Shown: in pieces, positions 49,440 through 63,951 of the stretch | Layout of the letters: the number at the start of each line of letters is the position of its first letter | Numbering within the stretch: position 1 is the stretch's first letter | Assembly: GCA_964016885.1 (NCBI GenBank) | Contig: OZ024745.1 | Coordinates: 54,250,001-54,314,000, forward strand | Direction: 5' to 3' | Length of the DNA: 64,000 bases | Source of the DNA: Eledone cirrhosa | Taxonomy: Eukaryota | Made by a program: the position numbers and the translations under genes | The notes under the pieces: generated by a model | What the model was told of the DNA's origin: nothing | Databases searched by the model: none | What the model saw: only the letters and a program-made list of their open reading frames with translations

Positions 49440-49652
49440 AATATGTGTGTGTGTGTGTGTGTGTGTGTACATACATGGCTTCTGAAAATGATTCTGGTCA
49501 ATAAACTGCTTTTGCCAAACGTAGACTGCATCCAGCGGGATATAACCGAAGTTGGCTACGTTCGCTATACTGTTGAATTAATTATAGATTACTATGAGAG
49601 CGCGGGAGAGGAGAAAGAGAGAAAGAGGGGGGGGGGAGAAAGAGTGAGAGAG

Positions 49653-49719
<67 letters not shown>

Positions 49720-49924
49720 GAGAGAGAGAAATAGTACCAGGGAGAAATAGCAGCGTACATCATCTTTGTTATTACACGAAATCTCATTTTTTTAAATGCA
49801 TGTATCCGCCCTCCCCCCTCTTTTTCTGTATATATATATTCCTACGCACTTATTTAAATCTTTAATTCTATATGTTCGGAATACATGTATAATGTTTTAT
49901 GAATCAGTTGATGTATATATATAC

Positions 49925-49957
<33 letters not shown>

Positions 49958-49979
49958 CACACACACATATATATATATT

Positions 49980-50010
<31 letters not shown>

Positions 50011-50104
50011 GAAAAACAAGGAGAAGAAGAATACTGCATGGTTGCACATGGATTACATATTATAAAATTAGTCCCTCATCAGTGATTTTGCCAACCATCA
50101 TTGG

Positions 50105-50161
<57 letters not shown>

Positions 50162-50429
50162 TATGCAGATGTGCAACGAAAGATTTATGTAAATTATGTA
50201 AACTATATATATGTGTTTGTGTCTATATTGTATCTGTATTATTTTTGACCGTCGGTCAGTCAATGGCAACATTGAGGACCGAGTAAGTTAGATCACAGAT
50301 ATAAAAGACAGCGAGAAGCGAAAACCAACCAAACAGTGAGTGTGTTCTGTTATTAATTCTGGCAATATTACGCAAATATGACCCTCCCCAAATATAACAA
50401 TATAAATATATGTATATATATATATTCGT

Positions 50430-51050
50430 TTGTTTTATAATTTTAACGTTATGGGTATAGTTGAGGGTCTATTTAGTGTGTTGGGTTGTGGTTTGATATC
50501 AATTTCGTTTTGGATATATCTTTCTTAAGTAAGTTGTTTCAAGTATGATCATGATTTGGTTAATAGAAATTACGAACGTTTGATTTAGTTGGTTCTGGTT
50601 TTGTTAAACGAATTGTATATTTCAGTGAGAATGTTTGCTATAAGATTAGTGGTATTTTCTTGTGAAATAGCGGTCGAGTGAATATAATATTCTAATTCTC
50701 TGCTAGCATATGGTTGCAATTTTCTAACTGTTGCTTCTTCTGGTTCTGTGTAGGTGCGAGCCTGATTATGTATTAGAGTAGTAGTGGCTCCAGATATATA
50801 GAAACTACGTAATATGGCGGTTTTAACATGATGACATCCTTCACGCCTGTGTTTGTATTTATTATAGGTTTGGTTAGTGTTGTGCATGAGATTATGCTTT
50901 GTGGGTATAGTTCTAATGACTTTATTACAAGTGTGCTATACATATGGTACATTAGTCCGGATTGAAATGTATGGATTGTATTTAAATTCATGATTAGCGT
51001 TGGCTTTGAAACAATTTGTTTGCATTTATGTCATTGTTTTAGCAGCCATC
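50430..51050 (-). pseudogene. Possible decayed retroelement coding fragment (PLE-like)
   Basis: Overlapping minus ORFs 50585-50887 and 50773-50991 with non-repetitive composition next to (TA)n; no unambiguous motif. Confidence 0.3.
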
Positions 51051-51357
51051 GGTATATACATATTTGCCCACTGTTCAAGGCAGATACAAGAAGGATACGT
51101 TTCACAGTTGAAATATTATAAAGCCGAAACATGTTCGAGCCATCACCTTGCGCTTGTAACCATATCAATTAAATATTATGTGAAATAAATTATAAACTTT
51201 TTTAAATTGCCAGACACGAATTTTGTTTTCAGTCTCCAAGAAGAAATTCTATTCCTTGAGAAGTTTTGCATGCGTAATCCAATTTTAAGTCCCATACCTG
51301 AATTAAGACACAGCAGGTTATTGCAAAGTGCATGAATTAAGTTATTTTCCTTAGCAT

Positions 51358-51442
<85 letters not shown>

Positions 51443-51512
51443 TCTCTCTCTCTCTCACTCTCTCTGTCTGTCTCCCTCTTTCTCTCTGTCTCTCTCACTC
51501 ACTCTTTAAATA

Positions 51513-51568
<56 letters not shown>

Positions 51569-52037
51569 CCCTCCATAGAACCACATTGGCATACGGTTGC
51601 ATAAAACCTGTATACCTATATGTATTTTTTACACGTAGGAATTCATACTTTATTATTATTAATCTCCCCTAAGGTAGAGATAAAACTTCGCCGTTTGGAC
51701 TGCTGCTATTTCTAGTGGCAGGACATTGACCTGTCTACCCTGCCTTTTGTCTTTGCACATGGCACCAGACGGAATTATTTCTTTTATCATTCATTCTCAT
51801 CTGGGAATGGGTTTGTATTGCGTCAGTTTGTGATTTGAACTCGGGAATTTTATATTCTCCGAGTGAGAAGAGCCTTCTGAAGATGGTTCCCTTCTTAATG
51901 GAAGTCCGCTTGGAATATCCGTTTATTCTGGAACTTGAAACCGCGGTAAAGGCACATATAGTAAGTAAAGCGAAATTTTTAAAGATTATTTTAAAAACTT
52001 TTTCTCTATTTGCTAGACCTTGATTATATATATATAT

Positions 52038-52132
<95 letters not shown>

Positions 52133-53107
52133 CATACTTCTTTCTGTCAGTATGAAACTCCAAAAATTACAATTACAAAAAGAAAACAAAAAAAAAACAA
52201 AGAAAAAAACCCAGCTGCTTTCCTAAGTAAATACATACTTAAATACATTTACAGACACACACACACGTTAAAAAGAAGCAACAACTAAAAAAAGAAAACA
52301 ATAGACTAAAAAAAAAAGCAAAGAAAAGAAAACAAGCTGTTGGTGACCTTTCATAGAAATTTGGCACCAAACAAGGTCAGAATATTGTTGAATTGAAATA
52401 GATATCTATGTCGAAAGGAAGTCGATAAATCAATTGACTTTGTTCTCACCTAATAGCTACTAGTGAGAACTTCCGACAAAAAACACATTCTGTCTCTCAC
52501 CGAAATAACAAAACAAAACAAAAAGCAAAGTAGCCAAATAAATACATGATAAAAAAAAGACAAAGAATTCGACTAAAAAATTAGCACCCCCTCCCACTTC
52601 CTAAAAAAAAATTAAATAGCTTCCGTTGTTTTTCTTGGTTGGTGTACAGTTTGGTAGTTGCAAATTTTCCTTTTCTTTTCGTTTTCTCAAAAATAGGTGG
52701 TGTTGATTGCAGGAAGGTGTGGGTGGTAGGGTGGTAGTATTAACGAACGAAAAGGTGTGATCAAAAATAAAGAAAAGCTTATCAAATTCGGAAATAAAGT
52801 ATCTATTTATTTGTTTGTATATGATCGTTATCAAGTATTTTGTTTTAAATTTTTTATTAGATTTAATAAGATACGCAACGAATTATGTAGTCTTACTTTC
52901 AGCGTAGATTGTCTACAGTTCTATGTTTTGATATGTCTTAGTGCACACTTAACTGTGTATGAATATATTTCAATCACTTTCTTATAATGATTAAGGCTCG
53001 ATTTTATTCTCTGAATTCTATCTTGAGCTGTTTATAGAGACAAGACATATGTTTGATTTTGTATCATTCATGACACCCTTTACTTTGAAAGTAATAATAA
53101 TAATAAT

Positions 53108-53270
53108 AATTGTTTCTACTTTTGGCACATGGCCAGCAATTACCCAGTGCATTACTGGTACTTTATTTTATCAACCCCGTAAGGATGAAAGGCAAAGTTA
53201 ACCTCGGCGGTATTTGAACTCAGAATGGCAAGGACCGTAACTCTATGCATCAAAGCATGGCGTCCGACCC
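53108..53270 (-). mobile_element. tRNA-derived SINE in (AAT)n
   Basis: Family body and reverse B box TTTGAACTCAG. Confidence 0.87.
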
Positions 53271-53319
<49 letters not shown>

Positions 53320-53320
53320 T

Positions 53321-53532
53321 AGGCGCACTAGGGACTATCTCAAAAAGTTTCCAGGGATGGTTAAAGAAAATTGGCCCCTTCACGCTTTTTGGAACGATTC
53401 AAAAGGCATGCTTGCTGGGTACAGCAAGAACCCTCCGATACGTCCTGAATATCTGAGGCTGCAGGTAGTGGCTTGATATTCATCTCAACAAACTTTCCAG
53501 TTAACTAACATCAATGACTGAGACTCAAAGAG
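53321..53532 (+). mobile_element. Dong/R4-like non-LTR retrotransposon 3' end in (TAA)n
   Basis: Encodes GALGTISKSFQGWLKKIG..TIQKACLLGTARTLRYVLNI*; (AAT)n on both sides, the known Dong target. Confidence 0.75.
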
Positions 53533-53539
53533 TAATAAC

Positions 53540-53591
<52 letters not shown>

Positions 53592-53615
53592 TATATAATA
53601 TAATAATATATATAT

Positions 53616-53644
<29 letters not shown>

Positions 53645-53646
<2 letters not shown>

Positions 53647-54480
53647 AAAATTAGAATTGGAGCTCTGAAATAGCAATATATATATGGATGTATATATAAT
53701 GCATTTTGCAATACACTTTATGCTTAATTAAAAGCATTTTGAAGACCGTAAGCTATTGTTTTAAAGTAGTGACAAATTCACTCACTTTGATCTCAGCAAA
53801 CAGGGGAGATAAGCCGACAAGACTTGTTTCGCTTTGGTTGAAGTTTATCAAGGCCAACTACCCCACCTGTCTACTGAGATCATTGATGTTATATTCTTAT
53901 AAAAATCTAGTAAATAATCAGGAGCTGATTATGCAGAGCGGTTGTTGGTCAGGCAGAAATTAAAAATTAGAATTGGAGCTCTGAAATAGCAATATATATA
54001 TGGATGTATATATAATGTATTTTGCAATACACTTTATGCTTAATTAAAAGCATTTTGAAGACCGTAAGCTATTGTTTTAAAGTAGTGACAAATTCACTCA
54101 CTTTGATCCCAGCAAACAGGGGAGATAAGCCGACAAGACTTATATATACATCCATATATATATTGCTATTTCAGAGCTCCAATTCTAATTTTTAATTTCT
54201 GCCTGACCAACAACCGCTCTGCATAATCAGCTCCTGATTATTTACTAGATTTCTATAAGAATATAACATCAATGATCTCAGTAGACAGGTGGGGTAGTTG
54301 GCCTTGATAAGCTTCAACCAAAGCGAAACAAGTCTTTTCGGCTTATCTCCCCTGTTTGCTGAGATCAAAGTGAGTGAATTTGTCACTACTTTAAAACAAT
54401 AGCTTACGGTCTTCAAAATGCTTTTAATTAAGCATAAAGTGTATTGCAAAATACATTATATATACATCCATATATATATA
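53645..54480. mobile_element. Retrozyme-like 316 nt tandem unit (1.6 copies) plus an inverted permuted copy
   Basis: Units start at 53645 and 53961, break at 54141; reverse-complement unit at 54142-54480; (TA)n flanks. Confidence 0.85.
53803..53864 (-). ncRNA. Type I hammerhead with U3-A8 core (mirror 54291-54352 on plus)
   Basis: GCC-TTGATAA-(G/A)CTT caacca AAGC-GAAA-CAAG t CTTG-TC-GGC, extended by GGGG/CCCC. Confidence 0.75.
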
Positions 54481-54633
54481 TGTTTGTATATAAAATAAAT
54501 GGAGAATAGGAAGGTTGTATAGTTGGTAGTTAAGGTAGGCTTAAAATTAAGAAGAAAGCAAGAACGGGGAGGGGGGATTTTCCCTCATCAGTTATCTACT
54601 GGGGGTCACGGATATTTCAACGCTTTAAACAGT

Positions 54634-54680
<47 letters not shown>

Positions 54681-54889
54681 CATATATATACATATATGAA
54701 GTAATTCCGTCGGAAAGGTCCAGGAAAAAAGAGTGCTCTATGTAGGTTACAGAGCTTAATAGTTATGTAATAAACAACATAAGGTAATTTTTTCATTTAT
54801 CAGTGGTTTCTTGAAAGCAAACAAATTTTGCTTTCAATCATCCGAATGAAAAAATCCTAATGTATTTATCGACATTGGATTTTAAAAAC

Positions 54890-54921
<32 letters not shown>

Positions 54922-54961
54922 ATATATATATACACACATATATGTTCACATATATACATGT

Positions 54962-55156
<195 letters not shown>

Positions 55157-55458
55157 GGAAAATTAACAGAGGAGACAAAGATCGAACGAAAACAAGGTAA
55201 AACGAAAAACAATTTATTAAGGGGAACCTTAAAACATTGCTTTTTAAAAAAAATATGAATAGAAACGCAAGACACAGAACTCAAGGTGCATCGGCCGTTT
55301 TGACCTCTATCAACAGTTCTGCTAGTACACACAAGCCAAACTCTGCCCAGTGGAATAAGAGACGAAGGGTAAAACATTAATTTATAGTCATTTATGAAAG
55401 TATCTTGGCCAGATATGAACTTTTCAGGGACTCTCCTACACATACACACACACACATA

Positions 55459-55489
<31 letters not shown>

Positions 55490-55490
<1 letters not shown>

Positions 55491-55768
55491 CCAGCCTAGT
55501 TCATGGATGTTATCCAACCATTTTCTTCGGGGTCTACCCTTCGGTCTCTTGCCTTTCGGTTTTGCCCGTAAAGTCTCTCCAGCGATTCTTTCCTGAGACA
55601 TTCTAACCTCATGTCCATAGTATCGGAGCTGTGGTCCCTCAATTCAGAGATTAGCGGCTCTACCTAGAGTGACTCTCTGATATACGAGCTACGCACTCTA
55701 TCGAGTATCTTTACACAAACCCCAATTTGGCCGCTTGTACTCACGATAGTATGCTTTCGGTCATTAGT
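55490..55768 (-). mobile_element. RTE-like LINE C-terminal fragment
   Basis: LRYYGHEVRMSQERIA...KGKRPKGRPRRKWLDNI, matching the RTE G.RP.GRP..RW.D motif. Confidence 0.75.
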
Positions 55769-55991
55769 ATATATATATATAAATAAAGATTCAGCGAGAA
55801 TCGTATTTCGGCAGGAAAAGCGAAGCGAAACGCAAAAATCAGAAATGATACAGGCAAATAGCTCAATAGTTAAAAACCAGAGCTTAACAATGTGTTAGGA
55901 AGCCATACAAAACTGAAAAGGTGGTCAAGAAGGCATTAACCACCCAAGCCAAAAACCAAATCAAGCTAAACAGGTCAAAACAAAATAAATG

Positions 55992-56024
<33 letters not shown>

Positions 56025-56085
56025 TGTATGTATGTATGTATGTATGTATGTATGTATGTATGTATGTATGTATGTATATTTCTAT

Positions 56086-56137
<52 letters not shown>

Positions 56138-56893
56138 GGATGACCTATCAATTACTCCATTTTACAAATGGATTTGGTGTTAGTCAAATATTCCTGCTTA
56201 GCAAATAACTTCATAGCTCATGCACAAATTATAGTTCAGCCAATAATTATTCTCTGCAGTAATTATGCTGTAATTTTTAAGATGTTTAGAAGATTATTGC
56301 GAATGCTGCATTTATTTAAAGTCCCGTCTTGTAGTAAAGTATCTTGATTAGAATTATAACGAGTCCTATTAATGGAAACTAATGGACATTTTATGTATTT
56401 CACTACAGATTTGAGATCGTTTATTTTTGGTACAACTTGAATTACTTCTCACCCACTCTCTTTGTCTGTCTCTATCTATCTATCCTTCTTTGTCTTTCTC
56501 TGTCTCTTTTATCTCGCTTTCTATTTTCACCTTTCTCCCACTGTTTCTTATTCAGTTCCTCACCATACACAATTACACGTACACATATATTATGTATGCA
56601 TGCATAGATACATGTGTGCGGCTGTACAACGTCTTAATTATTCCTCGATACATTTCTAGCAAATGCTACGTGATCACTGATGGGGAAAATATATTTTTTA
56701 AGTTTACTTGAAGTATCTCAAGTGCTTTAGGTTACAAATAGCTCTATAGGTTTTTTTAGCCATCATTACAAAAGCCTTGCTAGAACATAACATTCATAAT
56801 GTAATCATTTCTTTTTACGTTATTGAAAAGTATGATATCAGAAAATTAGAATAAATAATTTGCTTTACCCGAAATGTATGCATTACACACACG

Positions 56894-56924
<31 letters not shown>

Positions 56925-56931
56925 ACACACA

Positions 56932-57298
<367 letters not shown>

Positions 57299-57304
57299 AT
57301 ATAT

Positions 57305-57495
57305 ATATAGAAAAGCTTCTACAGGACTAGAACTGTTTCATTCGTGAGAAATCATCAGGAAGCTTCCTGATGATTTCTCACGAATGAAACAATTCTAGTC
57401 CTGTAGAAGCTTTTCTATATTAAACATTTATACACTGCTATGTGTTGAGTACCTTACTTACTGTGGTTACCCCCGATTGAACCCGGAATAACTTT
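57305..57495 (+). mobile_element. Family D insertion: ~115 bp palindrome plus tail
   Basis: Palindrome centred on AAGCTT near 57363 containing CTGATGA-TTTCtcacGAAT-GAAA; an older copy lies near 58180-58310. Confidence 0.78.
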
Positions 57496-57511
57496 TATTT
57501 ATATATATATC

Positions 57512-57622
<111 letters not shown>

Positions 57623-57937
57623 ATGTGTATTGGACCTCCGTCGGTTCCGACGATATTGGTAGAGCTGTTTGAACGATGAAACAGACTTCTCGAAAGATTA
57701 ACGAGCAAGTAAGATTTTCAGACACAAGTGCCTCCCCTGAGACAAACGTACAATTCATTTTAATAAGTGAAGGAAAGCAATGTGAAAGAAAGGGCCAGGC
57801 TAAAAAAACCCAAAAAACTAAGCCTCGATGGGAATCCAACTTACGACCTTATGATTGTGATCGGAACACACTAACCACTACGTATAGCATTTTTATATCG
57901 CGCATAAACACATGCACACACGCAGATATGCACACAA

Positions 57938-57975
<38 letters not shown>

Positions 57976-58601
57976 TTATATATAGTAAGAAGTATCTGTA
58001 TAAATACAGAACATGTAACCGAGACAGCACCAATGTTTATAAATATATTCACGTATCTAATATATAGACATGTAAACATGTCAGAAGATACGAATTTCTC
58101 CGTAAATTTCAAAACAATGATACACATATATATGTGAATATATTTTCATTTCTAAATACATATTTATTTATTTCATTTAGAAATTACTTCTACAGGAGTA
58201 TATCTGTTTCATTTGTTTGAGATCATAAGAAATGATCTGATGATTTCAAATGAATGGGACAGTTCTTGTTCTATATTAAATAAATATGTTTCTTCTGTAG
58301 TAATGTTTTCAATACCTGAGTAGAGGATTTAAATGGGGTTTCTCCCGTACACCTTCGAAAAACCATTGTTAATTATACATACACCCCCACACACACAGAT
58401 ATATGTATATATATAAACATCCATATATGTATGTATATATATATATATATATATATATTATAAAAACATCCATATATATGTATATATATATATATATATA
58501 TAAACATCCATATATATATATGTATATATATATAAAAACATCCATATATATATGTATAAATATATTTACACTAGCTCTGACAGTTGGCAGGTAAGCAGTA
58601 T

Positions 58602-58648
58602 ACTGTACTGATGAAGGGAAATCACCCAGAAACATTAATGTCTGCAGT
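58602..58648 (+). ncRNA. Minimal type I hammerhead
   Basis: ACTGTA-CTGATGA-AGGG aaatca CCCA-GAAA-CATTAATG-TC-TGCAGT; palindromic stem III, GUC cleavage triplet. Confidence 0.8.
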
Positions 58649-58709
58649 TCTATTTACATGCCAACACAAGAGAAAGGATGACGGAGGTCATTCTACTCAC
58701 ATGGCTTAA

Positions 58710-59974
58710 GAGGGCGTTTGCATAACTGAAAACGAATCGAATATTATCTCTCTATATATAAAACAGAAGATGTGTGTGTGTGCGTCTGTCTGTGTCGGTA
58801 AATCCCTAAAACTACCCGATCGATCTTTTTCAAACTATACACCATGCGTTACTTATATTTCTTGAAGTGCAATAGGCTAAACAAATTTTAACTTTTTCTG
58901 CCCTAGGGTCCGCATTAAGCGAAACACCGCATTTGTTTTGGCACTTTTAGGCTTTTTTGAAGCGTAACTTAAAGATAATCCAGCCGATTTCCGCAAAATA
59001 TGCAGCACACATTGCTGTGGACAAAAAGAATTTCCGATTCTAGAACATTTCCAGTTTCTAGGAAATTTACGAATTACCATTGGCATTACATGCCATTTTC
59101 ATTTTCAATATAAACGTTACTTAAACATCGTAAGTAGCGTATAATATTTCGTTAAAAATGTGGTTTATTTAACAGAGGACACAACACTTACTTTTAAGCA
59201 GGACCATTTTCGGGGGATTGAGGAAATGTGGAGGACCTTAAAGTTTGTCGGCGCTCTGTTGACGCCTCGCGCTTTCATCACGCGCAAATCCGGGCCCTGT
59301 GTACGTTGACGTGTTATTGACACCGTAAACGCACATCTGTGCTACTTCTACTAAGACCCCTTTTGTTGCACCTACACCGCAGTATGAACGCCCTGCGCAA
59401 GTACGCCGAACAGCGGTGTGCTAATTCCGCGGTGAACCCTCTTTTGTCGGACCTATGTTGCTGTGTAAACGCAGTGCAACCAGTGCCGCCCAGCGTTTGT
59501 GCTAATTGCTCTATGACCCTCTTCTGCTGCAGTTGCGTTGCCATGCTGATTTCGTCATCTCAATATCCCAACTTAAACGTACACCTCTACTTGGTTTTCA
59601 CACAATTGAATACGTCACTCCTTCAGACTGACGTGTGTTTCCCATCCATGACGTAATTCGTGAACAGACTTACGACACACATCGCCCCACACCACTTACT
59701 CCTTTCGCATACAGGATTTCCGCAATCAGCCCACTGACACAGCTACTACTGGATTCGGCCTGCTGGTGTTCTACGTTTCCAGTAGATGAACAATCATTCC
59801 CTGAGAATAAGGGAATTCAAAAAGTACACAGCTATATTGCTCAATCTTTGCATATACGTGTTGCTACCCCGTGCAACGCCGGGTCCTGCTTCTAGTTATT
59901 AATATTCGAAAAACTCAGATTACACTTTTTGTATTCAGCCATGTAGAGTAAGAAACTATTTGTTTGTTATATTC

Positions 59975-60007
<33 letters not shown>

Positions 60008-60106
60008 GGAACCAGTAAGACCCCGACAGCTGAGCTCAAGCCGTTTCGACGGCTAATGTACTTTGGTGCGTTATGGTCCACCTGGTTCCTTACCACATTT
60101 CCTTCG

Positions 60107-60192
<86 letters not shown>

Positions 60193-60304
60193 CAAATAGT
60201 TTTATCGCTCAATACAAAAAATGGCTGAATACAAAAAATATAATCTGAGTTTTTCGAATATTAATAATAATATTCGATTCGTTTGCAATTATACAAACAG
60301 CCTC
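58710..60304. mobile_element. TTAA-flanked MITE (Kolobok-like termini) with nested insertions
   Basis: TTAA|GAGG...CCTC|TTAA; left TIR = 58710-58746 + 59896-59942, matching the right TIR at about 60221-60304. Confidence 0.72.
58747..59895 (+). mobile_element. Non-autonomous Helitron
   Basis: 5' TC start, subterminal hairpin ACCC..GGGT at 59866-59884, CTAG 3' end, inserted between A and T with no TSD. Confidence 0.88.
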
Positions 60305-60354
60305 TTAAGCTATGTGGGTAAAACAATCTCGTCATTCTTGCTGTTGGATTTGTG

Positions 60355-60448
<94 letters not shown>

Positions 60449-60523
60449 GGTAAACAGAAATAACAATCGGTACAGTATTAGAAAGGTATATATTAGGTTA
60501 ACGGTTGATAGCAGGAAGAGGGT

Positions 60524-60556
60524 ATTAACGTTTCGGACGCTAGTCTTTCATCAGAA
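60524..60556 (-). ncRNA. Penelope-type minimal hammerhead-like motif
   Basis: CTGATGA-AAGAC tagc GTCC-GAAA-CGTT; stem I is weak. Confidence 0.45.
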
Positions 60557-60893
60557 GAAAGAATGAGAAATAAGATAGATTGCAGGGACGGGCGGGATGG
60601 AATTGGAAAAAATATCTTTAGATAAAAATAACAGGTCCATTCATGTTGACATCTCTTGCAAAATGGTTGGTGCTGGCGCTTTGTGTATGATTTATTTTTT
60701 TTAGAAAAGTGGATGATAGAGTGTGTTTACCTATATATACATAAAGGTATATATATATATGTAGAAGTTATATTTAAATTGTTGGGATACAACAAGCAAA
60801 TATTTTTATAACTGATATAAAGCACTCAACAAATTATTGGAGTAAAAATACTATATATTAACAAATGGAAACTATATTTATAAAACCATATTT

Positions 60894-60956
60894 ATTTCAT
60901 TATACATATTTCAAGGACACCAAGTCAAATTATGGTGCGCTTTCATCAGATAAAAT
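60894..60956 (-). ncRNA. Type I hammerhead in a pLTR remnant (about 60750-61010)
   Basis: ATTTTAT-CTGATGA-AAGCGCACCA...TGGTGTCCTT-GAAA-TATGTA-TA-ATGAAAT. Confidence 0.8.
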
Positions 60957-61083
60957 ATAATATAGATCAGTTTTATAAATAAATATTGACATACCCTTAA
61001 AAAAAGTTATATATATATATATATAAATACACACACACATATATATATATAAACACCCATATATGCATGAATGTATATATATA

Positions 61084-61169
<86 letters not shown>

Positions 61170-61522
61170 CTGTAATATATATATGTATACTAAATATATA
61201 TATATACTGTAATATGTATGTATGTACGGGTAAGTTGCACATGCATGTTTGGCACATAAGATAATACATACGTGAATAAACAAACACTAATACAGAAACT
61301 CACTAACACACACATACGCTCTTACATTTTCTGATAATTTCTTCATGTACATAATAGTGAGAAAGAGTTATCTTTAGTTGAAATATTTTCCAAACGTTAC
61401 CATACATATTGAACAATGAAGCGTAACCTACTATCAACAACACCTGTTATTTTCTATTACTATTAAATTATATATACTTGTGCATGTACACACACAGAAA
61501 CATACCCATACGTACATACGCA

Positions 61523-61925
<403 letters not shown>

Positions 61926-62200
61926 CACATAGGCGTAGAAGACATATGTTTCTAGGGCCACGTATGCGCGTGTGTATCTGTGTGTACGTGTGTATAAAAT
62001 GGCATTTTGCTATCCAGAATCAATAAGGAATTATCGATTATTTCTTTATCCATGTGTCATGTCATCCATGAAACGTCCAAACTACTGCATAGGAGGCTCT
62101 GATTATAGCCTCACACACATATATATACACATACTCACATGTCAATGCGCTCTACGTGTTTGTTTCTGTTTGTACGTGTTCTCTCTTTCATGTTAGGATA

Positions 62201-62262
<62 letters not shown>

Positions 62263-63657
62263 TGCATGTGGTCTATACTATACGGTTATCCAGAATTAAT
62301 TATCCATATTGAAATGATATCTATGTAACCTGAAAATCCTATAAGATATCAGACTATAGGGAGTTGACATATGTTTGTAGAATGTCAACGTATATGTGAA
62401 ATGTGAACATGAGAGTAGAGTACAACATATATAGATGAATAGATAATTAGATATATAGCTAGGGATAGAAAGGAACCATGAGAAAGCGAATGAGAGAAGG
62501 AAGTAGAGGTAAGGTTTTAAGTATACTTATTTTAACGGCTAGGACCATTGCTGATTTTGAGCAAGTTTCGATCTTTTCTAGAGACCTAGAAGTATTCATT
62601 TTAACATAGCTTTATTGGCGTGACTATATATCGCCATCAGTGAAATGTAGTTCAGTTAATCGAGCTCTTGCAACCGTTAAACAAATCTTTCTTAAATTCT
62701 ACCATACTACATTAAACAGAAACCTAGAGAGTAGGATTGGGTTTGTGCAGCATCCTGTTGCATTCAGATCGGTAGGTGAAAGAATGCACTAGATTCTCTG
62801 GTCGTCTAGTCATCTAGCATTAGTTCGTCTATGATAATTTCAGAGGGGGAAACAGAGGGAAATAGATGGATAGATAGTAACACTATATCATCAATTCGAG
62901 ATGTTGTCATAATTCATTCATATCATTCATGATTAATATATTTAAACACCTTCATGTGCGTCAATTTTTTCTTATTACGAGTTCTAAAAGAAAGCATTAT
63001 AAAGTCAGAGCAGCATTAGATACTGACATCTTCTGAATTAATCAGGTCAATTTAAACTAGCGAAGCCCAACTAGCAAAGGATAAGGAGTGTAGATGTGAA
63101 CGAAGCACAGAAGGCCAACAAAACACAAATCAATTACACAATGCTTCTACTCTTCTTAGCATTAATCTAATTCAATGACGGCAAATCTAATATTGAAATG
63201 ACGAGAGTTGCATAGTGGAAGTAAATTAAGAGAGGGATTACGTGACATATAACATCAGCTCGGTTCATTGGTCAGTTGGTGCCTGTTCATTGACAGATTG
63301 TCTATGAGAGTTAAGTGTTTTAGTCTGAGATACACATAGAACACAAACGATATTATTTGAACGCATGGTATTTTAGCCGGAAGACTCAACACCTATCATT
63401 CGAGTGATGCACTAATCTCAACTGATTTTTAAGCGCAAAGGTTATGTAATAACTTCAGGGAAATATATACGTTTTCACTTTTTATTTCATTATCACAAAA
63501 GGAAATTAGTTCTTGGAGATATTTCATAAATCGATATATCTGTCTCCATCATGTAAAGGAAAATACGGTGTGGAAAACACAAAACAAACACACATTCTAA
63601 CATTTAAATGTCCAAATACATTCCAGTAAAAATGTTATACAATGCATACGTGTATTA

Positions 63658-63661
<4 letters not shown>

Positions 63662-63717
<56 letters not shown>

Positions 63718-63759
63718 TATCTATATAAATATATATACATAACATATATATATATTATT

Positions 63760-63790
<31 letters not shown>

Positions 63791-63842
63791 AATATATATA
63801 TAATATGTATTTATATAAATATATATATATATATATGAATGG

Positions 63843-63873
<31 letters not shown>

Positions 63874-63951
63874 CATTTCATATATATATATATATATATC
63901 TATATATATATATATTTATATAAATACATATTATATATATATATATACATT

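Noticed and set aside
53706-54449. Duplicated 85 aa ORF as a gene pair
   Set aside because: A by-product of the repeat unit, with a non-ATG start and no recognisable domain.
54560-54640. Isolated CTGATGA motifs (also near 50080)
   Set aside because: No correctly placed GAAA, stem III or stem I partner.
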